From NCBI GenBank assembly GCA_037447435.1, contig JBBIGR010000028.1, positions 1 through 64,000 on the forward strand: DNA of 64,000 nt. The letters are read 5' to 3'. The translations under genes were made by a program, and so were the position numbers. How positions within the stretch are numbered: the first letter of the stretch is position 1; every line of letters begins with the position of its first letter. The stretch comes from Fibrobacteria bacterium (GTDB lineage: Bacteria > Fibrobacterota > Chitinivibrionia > Chitinivibrionales > FEN-1185). This document shows positions 40,523 through 51,151 of the stretch, piece by piece. The notes beneath the pieces were generated by a model. That model saw only the letters and a list, made by a program, of their open reading frames with translations. It had not been told where the DNA came from and made no database searches.

Positions 40523-40822
40523 TCACCCCGCCGCTTTTGCCTGTTCCTTGACTATAAATTCCGCAATCGTGTCCACGGACTTGATGATGAAACGGCCGAT
40601 GTTCTGGTCGTCGATATGAACTTTGTACTGGCGCTGCAACGCCATGACGATTTCAAGCGCGTCAACGGAATCGAGCTGTAAAACGGGATTGTTCTCGAAA
40701 AGCGAGACACTGTCCTCGATTTCTTCGGGTTTCACATCGGATATTTTCAACGTCTGAAGAATAAGATTTTTAATTTCGAGTTTGAGTTGGGGTGTCGGCA
40801 TGGGTACTGCTGCATTTTCCAT
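40523..40822 (-). CDS. Acyl carrier protein
   Basis: LDSVDALE phosphopantetheine site; alternative TTG start at 40843. Confidence 0.88.
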   Translation of the reverse strand: MENAAVPMPTPQLKLEIKNLILQTLKISDVKPEEIEDSVSLFENNPVLQLDSVDALEIVMALQRQYKVHIDDQNIGRFIIKSVDTIAEFIVKEQAKAAG

Positions 40823-40864
40823 GGTTACTTTTTTGCCCGCCAATTTTCTGGCAGGACTCCTTTC

Positions 40865-41884
40865 TTATTTCTTTGCTTTGGCCATTGCTAAAAGGTTTGT
40901 AAAAATCTTTTGTTCTTCATCGGCACGTTCCATAAGCATTTCGCGAATCTGATTCATTTTTTCCGGCCCCAAATCGCGGTTTTTGCCGATTCGTGCGACA
41001 AACAGGGAAATCTCGCGCCATTTGTCTCCGTTTGCCATCATCACTTTCGACATGTCCGAAAATTCGGGCCTGTTAAGAATTTTCGCCGTCTCCTGAAGGA
41101 ACGTCGCATACATAAAACGGAATCCGGCTCCGCCGGTCCCGCGTTCTTCCAGAACGATATGAATCGACATGATCGCATGCGACAACGCGTCGATATTGCG
41201 CGCGATTTTCGGCCATTGCGGTATATTGTTTGCAAAACGGCGAATGCCCTTGACGCCGATGAACGGCACGGGCAATTTCGTCATATTGAACGCGGCCTGC
41301 TTAATGCCTTGAATGATAATTTTAGGATAATCGATGTCGCCGGGCTTCGGCACGTTCGTCGGATGGAACATGAATCCGTTCGGCGCGAAATCGCTTTTTG
41401 CAAAGCGCGCTTTGTCAAGCGAGTCCTCGGACAATTTCGACAGTGTCGGGTAATAGCAGTCCGATACCGTGAATACGCCGTTGTCCCGGGCTACCGCGAT
41501 AATGTAATGCGCGTTGAAATGGACGCGCATATAGCTGGGAATATAATCCATGTAAAACATGTCGACCTGAACCGCGGTCGGGATCTTTTTATCGACCAGT
41601 GCGATGAGTTCGGCTTTTGCCTTGAGCGGGTCCTTGAATTTTTTTGTTTCAAACGAAACGCCCAAACGCTTTGCCATCGCGGTACGCATGTCGCCGGGCC
41701 TATTGCGCATGTCAAATACCGGAAACGGCATTTTGGGGGTCTTGATAAATACAAAGAAAACCGCGCCGCTTATGCCAAGCACCATGGGCTCGGTAATCGG
41801 CAACCCGTTATGGCCGAGCAAACCGCACAGCATGCCCGATTCGCAATGCGCCGCCATTTTGTGTTCGAACGGTTTATCGCTCAT
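40865..41884 (-). CDS. BtrH N-terminal domain / C39-like protein
   Basis: F.H..AAHCESG, HFNAH and EERGTGGAGFRFMYA.FL motifs. Confidence 0.85.
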   Translation of the reverse strand: MSDKPFEHKMAAHCESGMLCGLLGHNGLPITEPMVLGISGAVFFVFIKTPKMPFPVFDMRNRPGDMRTAMAKRLGVSFETKKFKDPLKAKAELIALVDKKIPTAVQVDMFYMDYIPSYMRVHFNAHYIIAVARDNGVFTVSDCYYPTLSKLSEDSLDKARFAKSDFAPNGFMFHPTNVPKPGDIDYPKIIIQGIKQAAFNMTKLPVPFIGVKGIRRFANNIPQWPKIARNIDALSHAIMSIHIVLEERGTGGAGFRFMYATFLQETAKILNRPEFSDMSKVMMANGDKWREISLFVARIGKNRDLGPEKMNQIREMLMERADEEQKIFTNLLAMAKAKK

Positions 41885-42348
41885 TCTTTTCTCCGACCTA
41901 TTTCCATAACGGACACCAGTGGATTGACCGTCTTTTTGACGGTGATGTTTATTTCTTTGTCCGCGATCATAACCAGTTGGAACAAATTGGAAACCGACAC
42001 GCCGAAAACTTCGGCATAGCGGCCGAGTATGTCGCAGGTGATTTTTTTAAACCCTTCGGGACTTGCGTGTTTATTTACTTTCGACACGGATAATCGCACG
42101 CGTGCGGCGCAATCTGCCGGGGTTATGGTATTTAAAAGTAAATAATATCCCACCGGAGAAACCTCACCTTTTTGCAATTTTTCAATGCATTCTTTCTCTA
42201 AATTTTTCCGTTTCTCCATAAAATCATCCAGATAATTTGTCGCCATATAGGCTCCGGTTTGCAAGGAACCGAATGACCCGTCGCCTTTTTCAACGTACAG
42301 AAGCAACTGATGTTTGTCGTTTTCGACAATTGCATCTTGTTCTTTCAC
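41881..42348 (-). CDS. Conserved hypothetical protein, BtrH partner with HTH-like C-terminal half
   Basis: 4-bp overlap with btrH-like gene; G.VSP..Y...V..H..P.GF pattern. Confidence 0.7.
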   Translation of the reverse strand: MKEQDAIVENDKHQLLLYVEKGDGSFGSLQTGAYMATNYLDDFMEKRKNLEKECIEKLQKGEVSPVGYYLLLNTITPADCAARVRLSVSKVNKHASPEGFKKITCDILGRYAEVFGVSVSNLFQLVMIADKEINITVKKTVNPLVSVMEIGRRKE

Positions 42349-42488
42349 AGAAATCCTCCATGAAAAATCTTGGATTAAACCTATGATATTTTTTTAAAAA
42401 TACATTTTCGTTCGTCCTAAAACTGGAAATACTCTTCAGTTTCTGAGTATAACCATGGTTCCCATATTTTATCTTGTATATAGCGATT

Positions 42489-42908
42489 ATGAAGCAAGCA
42501 TTATTCGAAAACCTGACCGGCCAATTTGTCGATGGAACACCCATAGAGAGTGTCGCTGCCGAAAAGCGCGGCATCATGTCTATAATGGACCATTTGAACC
42601 GGCTTTTCAATACCCGTGAAGGAAGCCTTACCCATTTAAAAGATTATGGGCTGCCCGACATTTCCGAAATATACCGTAAAATGCCGCACGGCATCGAGGA
42701 ATTGCAAAAGGCAATAAAACGCACGGTTGAAAAATACGAACCGAGATTAAAAAAAGTAAAAGTGACCCCGCTCGATTCCGACCCTAAGGATTTCAGGCTT
42801 GTATTCATTCTGACCGGCGAGCTTACCGAAGGCGGCCTGGTGAGGTTTCAGACAACGTTTACCAGTTTGGGAAATTCGTCGATAGCACCATGGAAAAAAC
42901 CGGAGTAA
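42489..42908 (+). CDS. tssE: Type VI secretion baseplate subunit TssE (gp25-like)
   Basis: HL.RLFNTR.G...DYGLPD...YEPRL. Confidence 0.88.
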   Translation: MKQALFENLTGQFVDGTPIESVAAEKRGIMSIMDHLNRLFNTREGSLTHLKDYGLPDISEIYRKMPHGIEELQKAIKRTVEKYEPRLKKVKVTPLDSDPKDFRLVFILTGELTEGGLVRFQTTFTSLGNSSIAPWKKPE

Positions 42909-42911
42909 TCA

Positions 42912-44669
42912 ATGATAGAAAAATATTATGAAGAGGAATTAAGATATCTGTACGAATCCGGCAGGGAATTCGCACGTGCACATCCCGATCGCGCCCAATT
43001 TCTCAATGTCGACGCAGTCGGCGACCGCGATCCGTATGTCGAGCGGCTTTTTGAAGGCTTTGCCTTTTTGACCGGCCGCATCCGTGAAAAGCTTGATGAT
43101 TCGTTTCCGGAGCTTACCGAAGGTCTTTTTAATCTGATGTGGCCGGGCATTTTGCAGGAAATCCCCTCGGTCAGTATCGTGCAATTCAAGCCCCGGACCG
43201 GTTCGCTTCAGGAAACCCGCGTGCTTTCCCGCGGTGCGGAGCTTTTGTCCGCACCGGTCGGCCCCGAACTTGCCATTTGCAAATTCACGACCATGTCGGA
43301 TGTCCGGCTTTCGCCGGTTTCCCTTGTCAATGTCGTGAAATCTGTGGATACGAAAAACAAAGCGACCCTGACTTTCCATTTCAAGCTCGATACCGGCATT
43401 GTTTTGCAAAAGCTTTCCCTGTCGCCGCTCCGGCTGTATTTGCATGCCGAAATGCCCACAGCCCTCATGCTTCACGAATTCCTGACGCGGAACGTGTCGT
43501 CCGCGCGCATCGCGGCGGGCGAGAATGTCTTATCCTGCGACGTCGACGGCGCCTCGGCGGTCACCCCGTGCGGTCTCTCGCATGATGAATCGATTTTACC
43601 GCATAGTAACCGGTCTTTTTCCGGGTTCTCATTACTTCTCGAATATTTCATTTACCCCGAGAAATTCCTCTTTGTCGATTTGCACGGCTTCGAAAATCTT
43701 CCGTTTTCCGAAGAATCGCCGGATTCGTTTACCTATTCCATAACCTTTGATAAGGATTTTCCGCCCGATAAACCGTTCACCCGGGATAATTTCCGGTTGT
43801 TCTGCGGGCCGGTTGCCAATATTTTCAAAAAAGACGCCGAACCCATTCACATGAACGGTCTCGAAACTGAATACCGTGTCGCTGCCGATACCTCGTATCC
43901 GTCCTCGTTTTTTACGCACAGCATCATCGGCATCGAAGGAATTGAACGCGCCACCGGCAAACGGTCCGTCTACGAACCGCTGTATTCGTTTTCCATGGGC
44001 GGTTCGAAACGTCCCCGTACGTATTCGCCGCAATACCGCATCGCGCCCGACGGCAGGCGCGATCTCTGGATTTCTCTGGGCGGAGATTTACTTTCGTCAA
44101 CAGGGAAAAGCGAGGTTCGCGAGGAAAACCTGTCGATCTCTATTTATGCGACAAACGGTATTTTACCGCGGGAAGAAATCCGTGAAAACGGCATCGTGAA
44201 CCCGGGAAACAACTTTCCCGATTATGTCCAGTTTTCAAACATCACCAGGCCGACGCTTCCGTGCCCGCCGCCTAAAAACGACGAATATCTCTGGTCTTGC
44301 ATCGCGCATTTGAGTTCAACGTACACGACGTTATCCTCTCCCGATTCATTAAAATCCCTACTTCGTCTCTACGATTGGTCTCGAAGCGAAGGCCGCAGTC
44401 GACGCATCGACGCAATTACCGACGTATCGTCAAAACCCATAGAAAAACTTGTCAACGGCTCTGCCTTGCGCGGGGTCGAATTTTCAGTATCTCTTGTCGA
44501 GGCGAATTTTGTGGATACCGGCGATATTCATTTATTCGGCCAGGTTTTAAAGGAATTTCTTTCTCAATATGTTTCGATCAACACGTTTTTAGACCTTGTC
44601 TTTGAGCTCAAACCGTCCGGCGCTAAAATCCGCTGGCAATCTATGGACGGGAAAAAATGCCTGATTTAA
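42912..44669 (+). CDS. tssF: Type VI secretion baseplate subunit TssF
   Basis: YYEEELRYL...EFA.AHP...DPYVERLFEGFAFL; EYF.YPEKF; YVSINTF. Confidence 0.95.
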   Translation: MIEKYYEEELRYLYESGREFARAHPDRAQFLNVDAVGDRDPYVERLFEGFAFLTGRIREKLDDSFPELTEGLFNLMWPGILQEIPSVSIVQFKPRTGSLQETRVLSRGAELLSAPVGPELAICKFTTMSDVRLSPVSLVNVVKSVDTKNKATLTFHFKLDTGIVLQKLSLSPLRLYLHAEMPTALMLHEFLTRNVSSARIAAGENVLSCDVDGASAVTPCGLSHDESILPHSNRSFSGFSLLLEYFIYPEKFLFVDLHGFENLPFSEESPDSFTYSITFDKDFPPDKPFTRDNFRLFCGPVANIFKKDAEPIHMNGLETEYRVAADTSYPSSFFTHSIIGIEGIERATGKRSVYEPLYSFSMGGSKRPRTYSPQYRIAPDGRRDLWISLGGDLLSSTGKSEVREENLSISIYATNGILPREEIRENGIVNPGNNFPDYVQFSNITRPTLPCPPPKNDEYLWSCIAHLSSTYTTLSSPDSLKSLLRLYDWSRSEGRSRRIDAITDVSSKPIEKLVNGSALRGVEFSVSLVEANFVDTGDIHLFGQVLKEFLSQYVSINTFLDLVFELKPSGAKIRWQSMDGKKCLI

Positions 44670-45601
44670 TCGAGCGCCTCGAAAAAGAGGGATATGAGTT
44701 TAATTTTTTTCAGGCATTGTCCTTGCTCGAGGAACATTTTAAAAAATTTGAAAATATTCCAAATCCCATAGAAACCGGCAGAATCCGCATGACCGCGTCT
44801 CCTTCGCTGGGGTTCCCGCCGTCGGATATATCCCATGTCAATAAAACAAAAGACGGCGTCGAATTCATCCTTACTTTTATGGGTCTTATCGGCGTTTCGT
44901 CGCCTTTGCCGTTGTACTTCACGGAATATGTAGCCCGTCACGAAGAGCTAGGCCTTCCGTTAAAAGAATTCCTCGCCATTTTCAATCATCGGATCTATAC
45001 GTTGTTTTATCGGGCATGGCAAAAGTACCGCTTCATAAGCATGTCACAAAAGGCCAATTCCGTTCTCGCAAAACGTGTCGCATGCCTTGCCGGTTTCGAC
45101 GAAAGTAAACTTTCCGATCCGTTTTTCCAGCGCATGCTCGCCTATACGGGAAGTTTTGCCGGAAAAGCGCGGAGTAAAGAAGCTCTCCGCTCCATGGTCA
45201 GCGATTTTTTCAACGATGTCCCCGTAGATATCATTCAATGGCAGGGACGCTGGACCGATATTGCAAATCCTCCCCAAATCGGGGTCGATTCGCAACTCGG
45301 CATCAATGCGATTGCGGGAACAAGAAAGTGGGATTTGTCCGGAAAATTCCGCGTCAGCGTCGGGCCGCTGAAGCGAGAACAGTTTGAAACGTTTCTGCCC
45401 ACGAGCGACAATATCGGAAACATGAAAAAAATTATCGCTTTGTTTTTATCGGACCCGCTCGATTTCGATATCGAAGTCAAACTCGAAAGCAGCCAACTCG
45501 TTCCCATTGTCCTCGGTCAAAACACCTCGCGCCTCGGCGAAACCTCATCCCTTGGCAAATCGGATAAAAAATCCGATGTCCATGCGGTAGTGATAGATTA
45601 A
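44657..45601 (+). CDS. tssG: Type VI secretion baseplate subunit TssG
   Basis: FNFFQA, FMGLIG.SSPLP.Y and IFNHR...LFYRAW.KY motifs. Confidence 0.93.
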   Translation: MPDLIERLEKEGYEFNFFQALSLLEEHFKKFENIPNPIETGRIRMTASPSLGFPPSDISHVNKTKDGVEFILTFMGLIGVSSPLPLYFTEYVARHEELGLPLKEFLAIFNHRIYTLFYRAWQKYRFISMSQKANSVLAKRVACLAGFDESKLSDPFFQRMLAYTGSFAGKARSKEALRSMVSDFFNDVPVDIIQWQGRWTDIANPPQIGVDSQLGINAIAGTRKWDLSGKFRVSVGPLKREQFETFLPTSDNIGNMKKIIALFLSDPLDFDIEVKLESSQLVPIVLGQNTSRLGETSSLGKSDKKSDVHAVVID

Positions 45602-45674
45602 TAGTTTTGCAAAAATGTGCATGCTATTGTATATTTAAACGGATGCATATAATGCATTCAGAATGGAGTCATAA

Positions 45675-45941
45675 ATGAATACATTAACGCTTCGCCAAAT
45701 ACCTTTACCGGTCGAACAGCGCCTTCGGAAAATTTCCCGCGAATCACACCAAAGTTTAAATAAAACAACCATTGAACTTCTTTCTAAAGCTGTGGGAATA
45801 GGGATTGCGGATAAAAAATCAATGAAAAAACGGCGCGATGTAAAAAGCGTATTGCGGCTTTGGTCCGAAGAGGAATACAAGGAATTCACACGTAATACGA
45901 AAGCATTCGAAATAATTGACAAAGACATGTGGCGCGTATGA
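45675..45941 (+). CDS. RHH (FitA/VapB-like) antitoxin
   Basis: LTLRQIP...LRK.....QSLNK; ATGA overlap with the PIN gene. Confidence 0.75.
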   Translation: MNTLTLRQIPLPVEQRLRKISRESHQSLNKTTIELLSKAVGIGIADKKSMKKRRDVKSVLRLWSEEEYKEFTRNTKAFEIIDKDMWRV

Positions 45942-46198
45942 AGCTTTGTTTCGATACTTGCGCGTATTCCAGGCTAAGTCTTCAGTCTGCAGACTTGATA
46001 GATTGTATTGATTTAGCCGAAACAATTTTTATACCCAGTATCGTACTTGGAGAACTTTATGCAGGGTTTAGTTTGGGAAAATACGAAAAAGAAAATCGGA
46101 ATTCACTCAATCGGTTTCTTGATTTACCTGCAATTGAAGTTGTAAACATCGATGCAGCCATTGCCGATCGCTATGGAATTTTAACTATTGCCCCATAA
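45938..46198 (+). pseudogene. vapC: Truncated VapC/PIN toxin
   Basis: FDT.AYS and IVLGEL.AGF present; ends at 86 aa before the conserved ND.WIAA and T.D.HF segments. Confidence 0.75.
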
Positions 46199-46245
46199 TT
46201 TGTTGAGCGTTAATCGGAGGAATAGTGGGCAGGAAAACGGTTATA

Positions 46246-46707
46246 TTATTGCTTTTTTAAAATGATGACTTCCGTAATGCCCGTGGCATCATACACAAAG
46301 CTGTTTGGCCTTTGCATATCGCCGGGTTCGTTACCCGCATACGTAAGCGTGTCATGGGAAATTTTGTAAATACACAAACTTGTTTTCCCGATAAATTGCG
46401 AGTTGATGGGGCATTGCGCAATATGCGCATCCATTTGTTTTGGATCTGCGTTCGTATCGGTTGAAAAAGTACCGGTATACGCATTGGTCAATAAAGAAAA
46501 AGCGCTTGATTTAAAAGTAAAATTATTTTCTGAAAAGGTTATGAAATACGTCGTCGTATCTCCAAGAGCCTTCCCTTTCCAAGTTCCTTCAAGCCCCGTA
46601 TTGACAACTGCTGGACTGGTCGGACTTCCATTGTCGCAATTCATAGTTAAAACCGCAATGCATGCAAGCAACAAACCCGATATCCCGCAGAAAATATTAT
46701 TTTTCAT
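46246..46707 (-). CDS. Lipoprotein, TIGR03067/lipocalin-like
   Basis: Lipobox-like TMNC; LEGTW, DPKQMD, CIYKI..DTL and PG..RP.SF. Confidence 0.65.
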   Translation of the reverse strand: MKNNIFCGISGLLLACIAVLTMNCDNGSPTSPAVVNTGLEGTWKGKALGDTTTYFITFSENNFTFKSSAFSLLTNAYTGTFSTDTNADPKQMDAHIAQCPINSQFIGKTSLCIYKISHDTLTYAGNEPGDMQRPNSFVYDATGITEVIILKKQ

Positions 46708-46723
46708 GGGTTTTCCTTTCCGG

Positions 46724-48061
46724 TTATTTCCGCACGTAAACAATAGCGCCGCCTAAAATCGTGTAGCGGGCAAAGCCTTTAAGCTCCATGCCTTCGAATG
46801 CGGTATTGCGCGATTTGGAATAAAACAAGGAAGAATCGACTTTCCATTTTGCCCGCGGGTCGATCACCGTAATGTCTGCGGGCTTCCCTATGGACAATGT
46901 GCCGCCGTCAAGCCCGAGAATGCGGTTGGGCATGAGGCTCATTTTTTCCACAAGGTCTGCGGGCATGAGAATGTCTTTGTCGATCAGGTACGTAAGAACG
47001 ACACCAAGCGATGTTTCCAAACCGATCACCCCGAATGCGGCCGCGTCGAATTCCACGTCTTTGTCTTCCGATACGTGGGGCGCGTGATCGCTGGCAATTA
47101 CGTCTATGGTTCCGTCCGCAAGTGCGGCTATGATTTCCGCTCTGTCGGCAGGAGTACGAAGCGGCGGGTTCATTTTCCGGTTTGTATTGTATCCTTCGAC
47201 ATCTTCATCGCTTAATGTAAAGTAATGCGAACATGTTTCGCAGGTGACCTGAACGCCGAGTTTTTTCGCCTCACGAATTGTACGCAGCGAACCTGCGGTA
47301 GATACGTGGGCGATATGGACGCGCGCGCCGGTATACGACGCGAGCATGATGTCGCGCGTGACGATGATGTCTTCCGAAATAGAAGGTATGCCGCGCAAAC
47401 CCATTCGCGCCGACATAATTCCCTCGTTCATGTGTCCGTTTGCGGCAAGTTCGGCATCTTCGCAATGGCAAATTACGGGAATTTTAAACGCCTTGGAATA
47501 GTTAAGCGCGTTTTTCATCATATTGGATTTCTTCACGCTTTTGCCGTCATCCGAAACCGCCCGTGCGCCAGCCCGGATCATTTCGCCAAACGGAGACAGT
47601 TCTTCGCCCAATAGTCCTTTTGTAATGGATCCGATAGGATAAATCCTGCAGGGGCAATTCATGCCTCGCTGAACCACGTATCTTATTTTCGATTCTTCAT
47701 CCAAAACAGGATTCGTATTCGGCATGCATGCAACGGCTGTAAACCCGCCCGCGGCCGCGGCCATGGTACCGCTTTCAATGGTTTCTTTGTCTTCCCGCCC
47801 GGGTTCGCGCAGATGCACATGCATATCCACAAGTCCGGGTACGACCCACATTCCTTCCGCGTCGATTTCTTCCTGCGCCCTGAAATCCTGCGGCACTTCC
47901 TTGCCCACGAATTTCACGATGCCGTTTTGAACGCCCACGGTCAAATTGTCGTCTATGTTGTTTGCCGGATCGATAACGCGCCCGTTTTTTATGAGAATGC
48001 TTGCGGGATGCGCTTCTGTTCCCGGCATGTAAATGGCCTGGCCATTCTGTTTTTTATTCAT
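46724..48061 (-). CDS. pyrC: Dihydroorotase
   Basis: [25 protein letters not shown] and SDHAPH motifs. Confidence 0.95.
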   Translation of the reverse strand: MNKKQNGQAIYMPGTEAHPASILIKNGRVIDPANNIDDNLTVGVQNGIVKFVGKEVPQDFRAQEEIDAEGMWVVPGLVDMHVHLREPGREDKETIESGTMAAAAGGFTAVACMPNTNPVLDEESKIRYVVQRGMNCPCRIYPIGSITKGLLGEELSPFGEMIRAGARAVSDDGKSVKKSNMMKNALNYSKAFKIPVICHCEDAELAANGHMNEGIMSARMGLRGIPSISEDIIVTRDIMLASYTGARVHIAHVSTAGSLRTIREAKKLGVQVTCETCSHYFTLSDEDVEGYNTNRKMNPPLRTPADRAEIIAALADGTIDVIASDHAPHVSEDKDVEFDAAAFGVIGLETSLGVVLTYLIDKDILMPADLVEKMSLMPNRILGLDGGTLSIGKPADITVIDPRAKWKVDSSLFYSKSRNTAFEGMELKGFARYTILGGAIVYVRK

Positions 48062-48983
48062 GTTCGCCGCCTCCAAGAAGATACAGAACCGCCATGCGGA
48101 CAGCCACGCCGTTGGTGACCTGGTCAAGTATCACTGATTTATTGCAATCTGCGACATTCGAAGCAAGCTCTATGCCGCGGTTAATGGGCCCCGGATGCAT
48201 GACAATGATGTCTTCCGGAAGCTTTGATAATTTGTCAAGATCCAAACCATATCGCTCGCGGTATTCGCGTACCGACGGAAACAGTCCGCTGCCTTGTCGT
48301 TCAAGTTGCAGTCTGAGCAGCATGACGACATTCGCACCGCTCAATGCCTCGTCGATATTGTCGGTTACCTTCACGCCCAGGAGTTCGGGATGCTGCGGCA
48401 ACAAGGTAGGAGGACCGCATAACGTTACGTCCATACCCATTGTTTTCATTCCCCATGCGTCGGACCGGGCGACACGGCTATGGTAAATGTCGCCGATAAT
48501 TGCCACTTTGAGCCCGGCAAGTTTTCCAAAGCGTTGACGTATGGTCATCATATCGAGCAATGCCTGAGTCGGATGTTCGTGAAAACCGTCTCCCGCATTT
48601 ATGATCGGCGCGTCGGTGCATTTTGTCAAAAAAAGCGGCGCCCCTGCAGCGCTATGCCGAACGACAACCATGTCTATTTTCATGGCCTCGATGTTTCGCA
48701 TGGTGTCGCGGAGAGATTCGCCTTTTGCCACAGAGCTTGTCGATGTCGCAAAATTAAGAGGGTTTGCCGAAAGCCGCTTTTCGGCAAGTTCGAAAGACAT
48801 TCTCGTTCGCGTGCTGTTTTCAAAAAAGAGATTGACCACCGTCTTTCCGCGCAGCGTGGGAACCTGGGGAATGTCGCGTTGCAACACCTCATGGAAACTG
48901 TCTGCTGTGTCAAGAATCAGGGTAATGTCTTCTTTAGGAACGCCTTCAAGCCCGAGCAAGTGATTGATGGTCAATGATGCCAT
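48054..48983 (-). CDS. pyrB: Aspartate carbamoyltransferase catalytic subunit
   Basis: [19 protein letters not shown] and MHPGP motifs. Confidence 0.97.
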   Translation of the reverse strand: MASLTINHLLGLEGVPKEDITLILDTADSFHEVLQRDIPQVPTLRGKTVVNLFFENSTRTRMSFELAEKRLSANPLNFATSTSSVAKGESLRDTMRNIEAMKIDMVVVRHSAAGAPLFLTKCTDAPIINAGDGFHEHPTQALLDMMTIRQRFGKLAGLKVAIIGDIYHSRVARSDAWGMKTMGMDVTLCGPPTLLPQHPELLGVKVTDNIDEALSGANVVMLLRLQLERQGSGLFPSVREYRERYGLDLDKLSKLPEDIIVMHPGPINRGIELASNVADCNKSVILDQVTNGVAVRMAVLYLLGGGEHE

Positions 48984-48986
48984 TCG

Positions 48987-49535
48987 TTAGTCGCCCTTCT
49001 CCAGTTCCATAAGCCAGAGTGAATCTTCGTCGTCTTTTTCCTTGACCTTTAATGCAACTTCCTGATTCATGCGCGTTTTAATCGTCATGCCGATATAATC
49101 GGCATGTATAGGCATTTCACGATGGCCGCGGTCTATAAGCACGGCAAGCTGAATGGATTTCGGCCTTCCAAAATCATTGAGCGCCTCAAGCGCAGCACGA
49201 ATCGTTCGGCCGGTGTAAAGAACATCATCAACGAGGATCATGTCGATTCCGTTGATATCGAAGGGAATATGCGTTACTTGTACTTTCGGCTGTTTTAAGG
49301 CAAGACGATAGTCGTCCCGATACATGGTTATATCGAGAACGCCGGGAGATAAATTTACTTTTTCAATGCTGTTGATTTTTTCCGCAATGCGCTGGGCCAA
49401 AAAGACACCGCGCGTCTGCATACCCACGATTCCGAGGTTATTTAGATCCGGGTGTTTTTCCAATATCTGATGAGCAATCCGGGTGAGGGCCCGATCGAGG
49501 GCTGTCGCATCCATGAGGAGTTCTATCTGCTTCAT
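48987..49535 (-). CDS. pyrR: Bifunctional PyrR regulator / uracil phosphoribosyltransferase
   Basis: LDITMYRDD, LVDDVLYTGRT and DRGHRE.PI motifs. Confidence 0.96.
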   Translation of the reverse strand: MKQIELLMDATALDRALTRIAHQILEKHPDLNNLGIVGMQTRGVFLAQRIAEKINSIEKVNLSPGVLDITMYRDDYRLALKQPKVQVTHIPFDINGIDMILVDDVLYTGRTIRAALEALNDFGRPKSIQLAVLIDRGHREMPIHADYIGMTIKTRMNQEVALKVKEKDDEDSLWLMELEKGD

Positions 49536-49710
49536 CGGGTATCAAAATAGTTTGGTTTTTTTTTAGATGCAAGATAGGAATTTACATTTTTTTAAGATAT
49601 TATTTTTTGCCTTAAATCACAGTGGTTGCGGGTGCGGGACAAGGGTGCTCGGATTCAACGAGAGCCGCCTCCCCGACACCCTATATGTTGCCTTCAGCTA
49701 AAAGCGCATT

Positions 49711-50523
49711 CTATACTGCCTCAATAATCATCTGAATTTCCGTCAAATAGTTTTCGGGATTGCCTTTAAAAATCATGCCGGGCCCTTTCAAATAAACCTC
49801 CCTGCTGGGCAATGTCGTCGTATACCCTTTCGATTTGATATAGGCCATGATTTTCTCATAGCTGCGGCTAATCGTCTGATACGGTCCTTTATGAATCAAA
49901 GCGACGCATTTGCCGCCGCTCAATTCACGTACCGATATCCCTTCAACGGGTTTACCCTTGCGTATAGGCATGCACGCTTCGATGTCGGCATCCGATTCCT
50001 TGTAATCGGCATCATAGTACAAACACAAAGCCTTGCCGCAAATATTCATCCCCATTGCTTTACCGATTTTTCCAAACGCCGGGCCGCATTCGTCGTACTT
50101 TCCTTTAAATCGCACGCCTGCGATCAACACGGTCTCGACTTCTTTTTCTTCAACGTCAAATGATACATTTTGTAAAGACATACCGTTCTCCTTTTCCGTT
50201 TTAATGATGAATTGGAGCGATTTTGCAATGTCCTTTTGCTTTTGAATTTTCCCAAGAATGACTGCTTTTTGCTTTTCCAAAAAACTTAAAACCTCAATAT
50301 CGTCGTCGGCATCGGAAAGCATTTCATTGATATCCGACAATGAAAATTCCATGCTTCGCAGGTAGAGTATGATGCGCGCCTGCTCCGCATTTTTATGGTC
50401 ATAATACCGATATCCGGTTGCATCATCAATAATGCTGGGAACCAGAAGTTCCTTTTCATGATACAAACGTAACGCTTTTATGGTTAAGCCGCATATTCTT
50501 GAAAATTCGCCGATAGAGTACAT
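49711..50523 (-). CDS. MerR family regulator with GyrI-like effector domain
   Basis: YSIGEFS...LR.Y...TGYRYY; HKGPY...RE.YL.GP. Confidence 0.92.
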   Translation of the reverse strand: MYSIGEFSRICGLTIKALRLYHEKELLVPSIIDDATGYRYYDHKNAEQARIILYLRSMEFSLSDINEMLSDADDDIEVLSFLEKQKAVILGKIQKQKDIAKSLQFIIKTEKENGMSLQNVSFDVEEKEVETVLIAGVRFKGKYDECGPAFGKIGKAMGMNICGKALCLYYDADYKESDADIEACMPIRKGKPVEGISVRELSGGKCVALIHKGPYQTISRSYEKIMAYIKSKGYTTTLPSREVYLKGPGMIFKGNPENYLTEIQMIIEAV

Positions 50524-50556
50524 TGCCGCTCCCTGTTCGAATTAATCTTCCCTTAT

Positions 50557-50587
50557 AAGATAAGGGCTACCCTTGGGGCAGAGTCAA
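50557..50587 (-). promoter_or_regulatory. MerR-type promoter with 19-bp spacer and dyad operator
   Basis: Minus strand TTGACT-ctgccccaagggtagccct-TATCTT with imperfect dyad in the spacer. Confidence 0.75.
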
Positions 50588-50692
50588 CGGAAAAATTTGA
50601 ATATTTTATTTTTTGCTATGCTATGAAAATTTTAGTATCGTATACTTAATATAAGAAATGGAAAGATTTCATTTTTCCGGGGGATTTCCCAT

Positions 50693-51055
50693 ATGCCGCA
50701 AATCATAAACAATCCGACTATTGTCCAAGCAGCCGGAAACAGGCCTAAAAAAATCGAGGAATATGTCGGCCGCGTAAACACAAAAACAAGCGAGCTGAGC
50801 ATCGCAAGAATGATAAGCCCGAGCGGTTGGATAGAGCCCGGACAAAGCCCGCTTTTCGATGAATATTCCGTCGTTCTCAAGGGAGTACTTCGCGCGACCA
50901 CAAAATCGGGACAATTTGACATAAAAGAAGGGCAGGCAATCCTCATCAAAGCAGGCGAATGGGTTCAATACAGCACGCCCAGCCTCGGCGGCGCCGAATA
51001 TATCGCCGTTTGTCTTCCCGCTTTTTCACCCGAGTCGGTCCACCGGGACAAATAA
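50693..51055 (+). CDS. Cupin domain protein
   Basis: IEEYVGRVN...SP.GW.EPGQ.P.FDEY...YSTP...AEYIAVC.PAFSP. Confidence 0.85.
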   Translation: MPQIINNPTIVQAAGNRPKKIEEYVGRVNTKTSELSIARMISPSGWIEPGQSPLFDEYSVVLKGVLRATTKSGQFDIKEGQAILIKAGEWVQYSTPSLGGAEYIAVCLPAFSPESVHRDK

Positions 51056-51151
51056 GCGATGAACGCCATTTTACCGTTATTTCCGGATTAAAAATAGCCA
51101 ATTGGTCGAAAAAGTATTTCGTTACGGCAAATCTCAGTTATTTTCTCCCCC

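Noticed and set aside
40910..42019. 369-aa plus-strand ORF and many similar overlapping ORFs across the window
   Set aside because: Antisense or alternative-frame shadows of well-supported genes with no recognisable motifs.
42489..45601. Prophage or eCIS baseplate
   Set aside because: TssF and TssG motifs are T6SS-type and no phage or Afp genes are adjacent.
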